DNA of 64,000 nucleotides from a virus, in the IMG/VR virus record IMGVR_UViG_3300044846_005371, positions 1-64,000 of that record; one strand, given 5' to 3'. Of this stretch, positions 1-9,400 are shown in pieces (the first letter of the stretch is position 1; every line of letters starts with the position of its first letter). The position numbers were made by a program, and so were the translations under genes. The notes under the pieces were generated by a model that saw only the letters and a list, made by a program, of their open reading frames with translations, was not told where the DNA came from and searched no databases.

Positions 1-1
1 T

Positions 2-385
2 AGAGCAATTAGCGGAAATATCGTCGATAACACAGATCCTAACAATCCAGTAATTGATCAAGTACAGGCTGATTGGACTCAAAGTGATACTGGTGAAGTT
101 TCATATATTAATAATAAACCAAATGTTACTCAAGATGGAACAACAGTTGTAATCGGAGATACTTTATACTTGGATACTATTTCAGACGATGTTACAAACG
201 TTTCAGAAAATACTTTTCTAGTAATATTACCTAGCGGAGAAGTTCAGTATACTCAAGAAGTAGTTAGAGCTGTGAGTGGAAACATTGTAGACAACACGGA
301 TCCAAATAATCCGGTAATCGATCAAGTACAGGCCGACTGGAATCAGACAGATACTAATGAAGTTTCTTACATTAATAATAAGCCA
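2..385 (+). repeat. Two copies of a 120-nt (40-aa) unit at 2-121 and 266-385
   Basis: RAISGNIVDNTDPNNPVIDQVQADWTQSDTGEVSYINNKP vs RAVSGNIVDNTDPNNPVIDQVQADWNQTDTNEVSYINNKP. Confidence 0.95.
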
Positions 386-3268
386 GATATTTTGTGGATA
401 AATGGTGATGGATATAACTCAATAATTCCAAAATATGTAGATGACGTGGCAATGCCTGTTGCTTTGGGGACGTGGTCGACTGCATATGGTAAAAGTAATA
501 TCGCATCTACTCTTTCTTCAAAAGCAGAAGGCTATTTCTCAGTAACTGGAGAAAAATTATATTATTCAAAGAATGAATTTTCGTTTCCATATTCTGACTC
601 AATTAGAATAAAAAATGTAAATAAGTATGAATTTTATGGAAACTTACTGGCTCAAGTAATAACTAAAGTATACTTGCTAATTCCTCAATCTACTTCTACT
701 AGTGACCAGTACGATCAAGATTACTTACAAAATATAGATATTTGGGAATCAGCATCGATTACCGATTCATTTATAGTAGGAGAAGACATTATTATTATTT
801 TGGATGTTAGCGGATTATCTGCTCAATTATCACAAGCAGTTCAGCTAATATTTAGACATGTTGCACTAGCGAACGAAAGGCCTGGAATAAGCGTACATGG
901 CACAAATACTTCAGCATTCGGTGAAGGCTCGCATGCAGAGGGAGGATTAACTAGAGCAACTGGAAAGTTTTCGCATGCCTCTGGATATTTAACAGAATCT
1001 GATGGTCCTGCTTCGTTCTCCTTAGGAAACTCAACTAGAGCAATAGGAGAAAATTCAGTATCTGCTGGTGAGAATACGATAGCCGCTAAGTCAAACTCTA
1101 AGGCAAGCGGACAAAAGTCATTTGCAGGAGTTTCAGTATGGCCGGAAGATGTTATGTATTCAATAGCGAGCGATGTCTTTGAACTACCTGATGATTATAC
1201 TAGCTATTTTAATGTGGGTGATCCTTTGCCTGCGTACCAAGCATATAGCGAACCTACATCAGAACTTCCGAGAGTTTTTACATATGGAAACATTGAACGG
1301 GTTTACTCTAGATATGTTGCAAATACTGTCTTGTTGCCTGGTTCAGATAGTTTAGAGAACTTTGCGGCTGCTATGCGAGGTTGTGTTAAATTAAAAAACG
1401 GACTGCATTTTGCAGTATATGGCACTTCTAGCACATACGGAAGTACTCAACACGATGGATTAATAATACTCGATAATAATTTTAATGTTGTCGCAACTCC
1501 ATCTATCGTAACACAGGATGATAACGGTAATCCGATAAATTCGTATATTTACAAAGTAATAGAATGCGAGGACGGCTCACTGATTGTTGTTGGAACCTTT
1601 ACTGAAATTAACAGCATAGAGTGTAGAGGAGTTGCTAAATTTGACAGATCATATGATCCAGTAGATTCCTTTAACTCAGCAATTGGTGAAGGATTTACTC
1701 ATAGTTCAAACGCGTATCCTGTCCACGGCGTCCCTGCAATATATGACGTAGCTGAAACTAAGGACGGCCACCTCATAATTTCCGGATACTTCGATGAATA
1801 TCAAGGTGATCTAAACATCGTCAAAGGATTCACTAAGATTGATTTTAATACTGGTGCATTAAACATTAATTTCTCAGTCTTTGCAGAGCCACTGAGTGCT
1901 GAAAATTTTAGTTTGTTAGTTGGAGATGATAACACTACGTATATTGCTATGAATGGGCCGATATACTCTAACTATGCGTTTACTAATACTTTGATAACTT
2001 CTAAGGGAATTTGTAGGCTAATGGATGCAAATGGAACATCGGCTATTACGATGGGAGCATGTAATGATGTAGTTAAGAGTATTTGTTTTAATAGAACAAA
2101 GACTGAGGTGATTTTAGGTGGAATATTTACATCCATATCCGACACGTATTCAAATACGTCATCAAGTTCGTTAGTTTCAGTTACAGCAGACTCGCTTAGT
2201 TTAGAATCAAATTGGCAAGGCTTTAATAACTCAGGAAGTTGGGCGAATAATGGAGTCCTCTCTATTAATCTCATGGAAAATGGAGAGTTTATGGTTGGAC
2301 TTGGTGATAGTGGCACAACTGAGTACCAAGGAATCTCTTGCAATAATACAGTTATCGTAACTCATTATGGTGCGTTAAGAGTGGAGCTATGCGAGACTGG
2401 CGGAACTCTTTTGGGATCACATCTGTATCCTCCATATGGAATGATTGAGCTTTCTACTGGCGATATAATATGTGTCGGAAAAATAAATCAAGTAGACCTA
2501 ACAGTTGGATACAACAATATTTTCAGAATAAGTAACGATGGCTCTTCAATTAGAACAACAGTTATCGCGGATTCTGAATATCCATGGATTAATGGAAAGG
2601 ACTATTTGATGCAAATACGACACGACACCGGCGAGCTTTCTAGTTCATTTTCACATGGAGAGAATGTAGCGGCGATCGGCCGAAGATCAATAACACTAGG
2701 GAGCAATAGTGTTGCACTAGCTGAAGATTCGATCACTCTAGGCACAGAGGCAGTTGGAGTATCAGATAAAGCAATTACGTTTTCATCCAGATCGATAGAA
2801 AGAGCAGGCGATGCACAAAACGTCGTATTTACTGGAGCGTATGAAGGATATATCATGAACAGTGGTCAAAAACACGAACTTGCTCAAGTATACATCCATA
2901 GCGATTTGAATGGAGCAGTTACTCTTGAAAAAATATTTAGCGTTTTTATAAATATAGTCGGCGTAGTCATCCAGCCTGGAACAAGCGGATTAAATATTGG
3001 AGATACAATATCATTAGGGTCACAATTACTAGTAAGATACGATCCGATTGCAGATACTATACTTATGCAAGACTGGAAAGAACTATATGGGCTTGGAGAA
3101 ATCTTCACAGCTGCAAGTACCCCAGGATACGTATTTGTCGATAATATTGCTCCAGGCAAATTTGTATTCTACTACCAAAATTCTGGATTTACTTTCGCGA
3201 ATGGTGATGGTTTGATTAGATTCTCAGCGACCTTTAATATGACTGAAGTGAGCGTATCTAGTTACTAA
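2..3268 (+). CDS. 5'-truncated tail fibre/adhesin-like protein: QADW..NKP repeats, YadA-like SHAEG/GxxS repeats, delta-60-type beta-propeller
   Basis: The frame is open from base 2 (RAISGNIVDNTDPNNP...), so the track start at 170 is internal. GEGSHAEGG...GKFSHASG repeats; DGSLIVVGTF, DGHLIISGYF and EVILGGIF propeller-blade motifs. Confidence 0.7.
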   Translation, partial: RAISGNIVDNTDPNNPVIDQVQADWTQSDTGEVSYINNKPNVTQDGTTVVIGDTLYLDTISDDVTNVSENTFLVILPSGEVQYTQEVVRAVSGNIVDNTDPNNPVIDQVQADWNQTDTNEVSYINNKPDILWINGDGYNSIIPKYVDDVAMPVALGTWSTAYGKSNIASTLSSKAEGYFSVTGEKLYYSKNEFSFPYSDSIRIKNVNKYEFYGNLLAQVITKVYLLIPQSTSTSDQYDQDYLQNIDIWESASITDSFIVGEDIIIILDVSGLSAQLSQAVQLIFRHVALANERPGISVHGTNTSAFGEGSHAEGGLTRATGKFSHASGYLTESDGPASFSLGNSTRAIGENSVSAGENTIAAKSNSKASGQKSFAGVSVWPEDVMYSIASDVFELPDDYTSYFNVGDPLPAYQAYSEPTSELPRVFTYGNIERVYSRYVANTVLLPGSDSLENFAAAMRGCVKLKNGLHFAVYGTSSTYGSTQHDGLIILDNNFNVVATPSIVTQDDNGNPINSYIYKVIECEDGSLIVVGTFTEINSIECRGVAKFDRSYDPVDSFNSAIGEGFTHSSNAYPVHGVPAIYDVAETKDGHLIISGYFDEYQGDLNIVKGFTKIDFNTGALNINFSVFAEPLSAENFSLLVGDDNTTYIAMNGPIYSNYAFTNTLITSKGICRLMDANGTSAITMGACNDVVKSICFNRTKTEVILGGIFTSISDTYSNTSSSSLVSVTADSLSLESNWQGFNNSGSWANNGVLSINLMENGEFMVGLGDSGTTEYQGISCNNTVIVTHYGALRVELCETGGTLLGSHLYPPYGMIELSTGDIICVGKINQVDLTVGYNNIFRISNDGSSIRTTVIADSEYPWINGKDYLMQIRHDTGELSSSFSHGENVAAIGRRSITLGSNSVALAEDSITLGTEAVGVSDKAITFSSRSIERAGDAQNVVFTGAYEGYIMNSGQKHELAQVYIHSDLNGAVTLEKIFSVFINIVGVVIQPGTSGLNIGDTISLGSQLLVRYDPIADTILMQDWKELYGLGEIFTAASTPGYVFVDNIAPGKFVFYYQNSGFTFANGDGLIRFSATFNMTEVSVSSY

Positions 3269-3288
3269 AAATTAAAAAATTATAGAAA

Positions 3289-4821
3289 ATGTCAATATAC
3301 TCAAAATTAAATGCAGCAAAGAAGAAGATCTCAGGATCTAGCTTAACTCAATTAGTAGGTACAGTAAACTCAAATGTAACCAATCTAGCTGACGCTAATT
3401 TACAATTATTGGACAACATAAACTATAACGAGACTCTAAATAGCATGCAGTTTTTCAAGGCAACGCTTGATGAAATTGATATTTTAGAACAGCTTTCGCT
3501 TGTGCAAAATGGAGTAACTAACTTAACTATTGATAACTCAGGTAGAATAGACGCAAAAGACATATTGACAGTTGTTTCTGAAACTAAACGTCAGAGATTT
3601 ACGGACTTTCCTGACTATCCGGAAGTAGGAGTACCTGGTGAAATTATTTACACAGGAATCATGTCTGGTGTACCAGAAAGCGAATTATTCAATCAATTAT
3701 TTGGAGAAGATCTTATTGCATACTTTGACGATAGAGGTTGGGTAAGTTTAACTGATGGGTCAGGAGGAGGTGGAGGAAATCCTATAGAGATACAGTGGGA
3801 TGAAGATGTTATTACTCAAAATGTTAGCTCAATAAATTTTACAGGAGAAGGAGTAGCTTCAATAACTAATATAGGAAATGATGTGACGATTAACCTTCAA
3901 GGTGGAGGAGGACCTTCTGTGACAGTTGAGGCAAATACTGGATTAGACCTAACTGGTAATGTTCTTTCAACTACGTTTAACAGCACGCTGAGCCCTACAT
4001 TAGCTTTACCTGCAGCATTTAGAGGAATTGCACAAGGAACTACTGTCCAGGACCTAACTCAATATTCTTTGCTAGAGATCCTTGAAAAAATAATATTTCC
4101 TCAAGTGCCACCTACATATACTAGTCCATCTACTGTAATTAATGTGACTCCTACTGGATTATTAGAAATAGGCTTGCCTCACACTGTTACTGGATCAGTA
4201 AGCTTTATTCAAAATGATGCAGGTGCGGCAACTACCTATAGAATTAAGAAAGGAACATCAACGATCAGTACAAGCACAACGTTTAGTGAAACGTTTACTG
4301 ATACTACACCAACTCTTAGATCATACACATCCGAAGTTGACTACGCACAGGGCCCATTAAAAAATGATAATTTTGGACAACCGTATCCGACTGGACGCAT
4401 TAATGCAGGTACAGTAACCTCTACTCCAAAGACAGTAAAAACAATATTTCCTTACTTTTATGGAGTTACACAGTCATCGACTACTACTCTAACTGCAGCT
4501 GATGTAATTGGAGGAACGCCTGTCCTAGCTGAATCAGATGTAAGTATTTCAATCACGTTTGGAAGCACAAGTTCCCAAAAGTCATGGTTTGCTATCCCAG
4601 CGTCAGAAGGAAGTCAAACTACTAAAGACGATGAGTACACGAGCTATTTTGTAACTTCTTTGAATCAAGGGCAAATAGGTGGAACAAACGTTTGGCAATC
4701 TCCATATTCAATCGTAGTCACAGTAAATTCAATATCTCACGAATATTGGATATACCAGACAGCGTATGGAACAGCTTTCGTAAACGCAAACGGTCAAAAT
4801 ATTCCAGTAACCTTTAGCTAA
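3289..4821 (+). CDS. Virion structural/fibre-associated protein, 510 aa; C-terminal domain paralogous to the next gene
   Basis: Gly linkers and a Thr/Ser-rich beta region. PTYT..., NDAG, NDNFG, YFYGV and WFAIP motifs are shared with 4854-6428. Confidence 0.55.
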   Translation: MSIYSKLNAAKKKISGSSLTQLVGTVNSNVTNLADANLQLLDNINYNETLNSMQFFKATLDEIDILEQLSLVQNGVTNLTIDNSGRIDAKDILTVVSETKRQRFTDFPDYPEVGVPGEIIYTGIMSGVPESELFNQLFGEDLIAYFDDRGWVSLTDGSGGGGGNPIEIQWDEDVITQNVSSINFTGEGVASITNIGNDVTINLQGGGGPSVTVEANTGLDLTGNVLSTTFNSTLSPTLALPAAFRGIAQGTTVQDLTQYSLLEILEKIIFPQVPPTYTSPSTVINVTPTGLLEIGLPHTVTGSVSFIQNDAGAATTYRIKKGTSTISTSTTFSETFTDTTPTLRSYTSEVDYAQGPLKNDNFGQPYPTGRINAGTVTSTPKTVKTIFPYFYGVTQSSTTTLTAADVIGGTPVLAESDVSISITFGSTSSQKSWFAIPASEGSQTTKDDEYTSYFVTSLNQGQIGGTNVWQSPYSIVVTVNSISHEYWIYQTAYGTAFVNANGQNIPVTFS

Positions 4822-4853
4822 TTCTAAAATAAATAATTTGAGAGAGTTCTACT

Positions 4854-6428
4854 ATGCCTATAATAATTAACGATAATTTTCAAGTAAATGCACCAAGATC
4901 GATTGACTCTAGGTTAGTACTTGATAATTTAACTGCAGCCACTGCCTTGGATGTGAACTATAATTATCCTAACATGATCGTTTGGATAAAGGATGTCAAA
5001 GCTTTTTACTATCTAAAGGACGGGGAATCTGGAAATAATGTTTCCCATTGGCAGCTAGTTGAAATGGGAGGAACTAGCGGAGCGGGCAGCAGTGGAACTA
5101 GTGGAGAAGCTGGTACTAGCGGAACTAGTGGCAAGTCAGGTACTTCAGGTACTAGCGGAACTTCTGGAGCAACAGGTACTTCAGGCACAAGTGGAGTAAG
5201 CGGTACCTCAGGCACAAGTGGAGTAAGTGGTACATCAGGAACTAGTGGTGCAAGCGGATCTAGTGGAACAAGCGGAGTAGGTTCTCCTGGAACAAGCGGC
5301 ACGAGTGGTGAAGGTTCTCCTGGATCTAGCGGTACTAGTGGTGAAGGTTCTCCTGGATCTAGCGGCACTAGTGGTACTTCTCCAATAGTCAGCACAAATG
5401 ATGTTTTACAATTAAATTCAGGCGTATTATCGACTCTATATCAAACTAGCGTACCGGATTCGGTGTTATCGACGGCAGTTGGTGCTGCACCAGCAACACT
5501 AGCTAGCACTTGGAAAACTAGAAACTTAATTCAAGTGCTGGACGCTATTTTATTTCAAACTCAGAACCCAACATATACGATTCCAACTATCGCAATATCG
5601 CCGGTTTCTGGATTTACTAATGGTCAGGTATTTGAAGTTGGGGCAAGCATTTCTCCAGTATTAAAAACTACTGGGACAGAGAATGACGCTGGCGTATTTA
5701 CTCAACTTGAAATACTTAGGGGAGCATCTGTTCTCGGAACTCAAACAAGTTTAAGCGGAGTTTTAACTACTGCGATAATAGCACAGCATGGATACCCAGA
5801 TCCGAACAATCCAAATTATTATTATGATTATCAATTGGCCGATACTGGAACAACGGTTGTTCCTCTTGGAACCACGAGTTACACAGGTAGAGGAAATTAC
5901 TCAGCCGGTTTAGCAAAGCAAGATAATTTTGGAAATACTGATGCTAGAGCATTTCAAACTAGAAACGTAAATGCTCCACAAGCAGCATCAACCAACTTTA
6001 CATCAAGTTCAATATCGTTTACTGGAGTTTATCCATGGTATTGGGGAGTATCGTCGACTGAGCTGTCAGTGTCAGACATATTAGATCTTTTGAATAACCC
6101 ATTAAGTTCTGGAGTAAATAAAGTGACAGCTGATTCTACTTTAACAATATCTGTTACTAACTGGGGAGCAACTGGTCAATACTTATGGTTTGCAACACCT
6201 GCAACAAGCACAACTAAAACTATTTGGTATGTTAATGATTCAAATACTTCTGTAATTGGAGGAACCGGCTCAACTAACTTGTTTAATGCACCAGTCACTC
6301 AACTTGTGACAACAAGTAGACCTTTAGGATTATGGTCAAACGTTAACTATAAGATATATCGAGGAGGTTATCCAACTTCACATAAAGATCCTGGAAATTT
6401 ACCAGCAATGCAATTGCGAAATACTTAA
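4854..6428 (+). CDS. Fibre protein with a short Gly-Thr-Ser repeat, 524 aa
   Basis: N-terminal INDNFQVNAP..DSR domain, G-T-S repeat at 5070-5381, C-terminal domain shared with 3289-4821. Confidence 0.65.
   Translation: MPIIINDNFQVNAPRSIDSRLVLDNLTAATALDVNYNYPNMIVWIKDVKAFYYLKDGESGNNVSHWQLVEMGGTSGAGSSGTSGEAGTSGTSGKSGTSGTSGTSGATGTSGTSGVSGTSGTSGVSGTSGTSGASGSSGTSGVGSPGTSGTSGEGSPGSSGTSGEGSPGSSGTSGTSPIVSTNDVLQLNSGVLSTLYQTSVPDSVLSTAVGAAPATLASTWKTRNLIQVLDAILFQTQNPTYTIPTIAISPVSGFTNGQVFEVGASISPVLKTTGTENDAGVFTQLEILRGASVLGTQTSLSGVLTTAIIAQHGYPDPNNPNYYYDYQLADTGTTVVPLGTTSYTGRGNYSAGLAKQDNFGNTDARAFQTRNVNAPQAASTNFTSSSISFTGVYPWYWGVSSTELSVSDILDLLNNPLSSGVNKVTADSTLTISVTNWGATGQYLWFATPATSTTKTIWYVNDSNTSVIGGTGSTNLFNAPVTQLVTTSRPLGLWSNVNYKIYRGGYPTSHKDPGNLPAMQLRNT
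5070..5381 (+). repeat. Gly-X-Ser (GTS/GSS) coding triplet repeat
   Basis: Read directly; includes the duplicated unit ggtgaaggttctcctggatctagcgg. Confidence 0.95.
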
Positions 6429-6457
6429 TGAGATAGATAAACTAGAGGAATACTAAG

Positions 6458-9400
6458 ATGGCAATAAATATAAACGATAATCACAGCGTACAAGCGCCTA
6501 AGCCAAATGATGCAAGGTATGGACCTTGGTCATCAGTTGCTGCTGCAAATACGGGTGTGCCTTCTTACAATCGATATCAGGGCTTAACTGTAGGAATCTA
6601 TGAAAATGGAAATCCAGGAGATGCTGTAATAGAATATTGGTATCAATCTGGAACGGCTGATGCGAATTTAGTTATTAAAACTGTCGCAGGTACTGCTGGT
6701 TCGGGTGGAACAGGAACCGCAGGTACCTCAGGTGAAACTGGAACGGCTGGAACGAGTGGAGAAACTGGCACATCAGGAACTTCTGGAACAAGCGGAACAT
6801 CTGGAATATCTGGCACCAATGGAACAAGCGGAACCTCTGGAATATCTGGCACAAACGGCACAAGCGGTGTATCTGGTTCAAGCGGTACAAGCGGAGCTAC
6901 TGGAACAAGCGGTACCTCTGGTGCAACCGGTTCAAGCGGTACATCTGGTGCAACCGGTTCAAGTGGTACATCTGGTGAAACAGGTTCAAGTGGTACAAGC
7001 GGAATGGCAGGTTCAAGTGGAACGTCAGGCACTAGTAATACATATGTTGGTCAAACTAATGCAGGCCAATCATTTAATTTAACTTCACTCGCATCAACTC
7101 AAAGTTTTAATACGCTACCTGGTTTATCATATACTCCAGGTCAATCAATACTTGTTGCATTAAATGCAAATAATGCATTTACTGGAATCGTTAACTCATA
7201 TACTCCTTCAACTGGTGCAATAGTATTAAATTCTTCAACTGTTTTATATGGATCAGGTGTGCACACTGGAACATGGTCAACTAACTTAGCTGGAGCAGCT
7301 GGTGGAGATGGATCGAGTGGTACTTCTGGCATAGACGGATCGAGTGGTACTTCTGGCATAGACGGATCGAGTGGTACTTCTGGCATAGATGGTACTTCAG
7401 GTACAAGCGGAGTGTCTGGCTCTTCAGGTACGTCCGGCATAGGCGGTACTTCAGGTACAAGCGGAGCGTCAGGCTCTTCAGGTACTTCTGGGACATCTGG
7501 AACTTCTGGTGCAAACGGAACAGGTGGAACTTCTGGCACAGGCGGTACTAGTGGAGTATCTGGTTCAAGCGGGACTAGTGGAGCAGCAGGATCTAGTGGT
7601 ACTTCAGGCACTAGCGGAAAAGCAGGATCTAGCGGTACTTCAGGCACATCTGGTACAAGCGGAGCAGCAGGCTCTAGCGGTACTTCAGGTACTTCTGGTA
7701 CAAGCGGAGCAGCAGGCTCTAGCGGTACTTCAGGAACAAGCGGAGCAGCAGGATCTAGCGGAACTTCAGGTACAAGCGGAGCTACTGGAACTTCTGGCAC
7801 ATCAGGTACAAGTGGAGCTACTGGAACGTCAGGTACCTCAGGTACATCAGGTACTAGTGGAATTTCAGGAACAACTGGTACATCAGGTACGAGTGGAGTT
7901 TCAGGAACAACTGGTACTTCTGGTACAAGCGGAGCCGCAGGATCTAGCGGTACATCTGGTACAAGCGGAGCAGCAGGATCTAGCGGAACTTCAGGTACAA
8001 GCGGAGCAGCAGGCTCTAGTGGTACTTCAGGAACGAGTGGAATTTCAGGTACAACAGGTACATCAGGAACAAGCGGTGCAGGCGGATCTAGCGGTACTTC
8101 CGGTACTTCTGGAGTATCTGGAACGACTGGTACTTCAGGTACAAGTGGGATCACTGGTTCAAGCGGTACAAGCGGAGAAACAGGTACGTCAGGTACAAGC
8201 GGATCTAGCGGTACTTCAGGTGCAGCTGGAACATCAGGCACTTCAGGTACAAGTGGAAAAAGCGACAGATATTTAGGAAATACGATTAGCGGAATAGCTA
8301 TAAATATTTCTAATTTGTCTTCACCTGGGGCAACTTTAACCTTAACTACGTCTAGTGGACTTTCATATAGCCCAGCGCAAAGCATATTAATAGCTAACTC
8401 AGACGGAAGTGTCTCTTTTCAAGGAATAGTAACATCGTATGACCCAGCAAACGGATCAATATCACTATCTAACTTCTCAAATATCATTGGATCTGGTGTA
8501 ATAACATCACAATGGTATACTAATTTGGCTGGAGCATCTGGTGGAGACGGTTCAGACGGATCTAGCGGAACGTCTGGTGCAGCTGGAACATCAGGTACAT
8601 CTGGAACATCTGGTGCAAATGGAACGTCAGGTACAAGTGGAAAATCAGGTACAAGTGGATCATCTGGCACTAGTGGAGTTTCAGGAACAAGCGGCACTTC
8701 AGGTACAAGTGGAGTTTCAGGTACTTCTGGAACAAGTGGAGAAAGTGGCTCTTCAGGTACAAGTGGAGTATCTGGTTCAAGCGGAACCTCTGGTGCAAAT
8801 GGAACTTCGGGTACTTCCGGCACAAGTGGAAAGAACGGTACTTCTGGGACATCTGGCACGAGTGGAGTATCTGGTTCAAGCGGAACCTCTGGTGCAAATG
8901 GAACTTCGGGTACGTCTGGAACTAGTGGAGAAAGTGGTACTTCAGGTACAACTGGAACAAGTGGTACATCTGGCACAAGTGGAGCGAGCGGATCTAGTGG
9001 TTCATCAGGTACTTCAGGCACAAGCGGAAAATCAGGCACAAGCGGTACTTCAGGTACAAGTGGAGTTTCGGGAACAAGCGGATCTAGTGGCACAAACGGA
9101 TCTAGTGGAACAAGCGGAACTAGTGGAGAAAGCGGTACTTCAGGTACAAGTGGAACAAGCGGAAATGCTGGAACAAGCGGGACAGGCGGTACTTCAGGTA
9201 CAAGTGGAAAGAATGGTACGTCTGGGACATCTGGCACATCAGGAACTAGTGGAGCAGCTGGATCTTCGGGCACTAGCGGAGCAGCTGGATCTAGTGGAAC
9301 AAGCGGGATAGCTGGTTCAAGCGGAACCTCAGGTACTAGTAATACATACGTAGGGTCGTCTACTTCTTCTGCAACAATTCCTACATCAACTGGAGGAACA

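Noticed and set aside
170-172. Track start codon of the first ORF
   Set aside because: The frame is open from base 2 and includes an earlier copy of the 40-aa repeat, so the gene starts outside the window.
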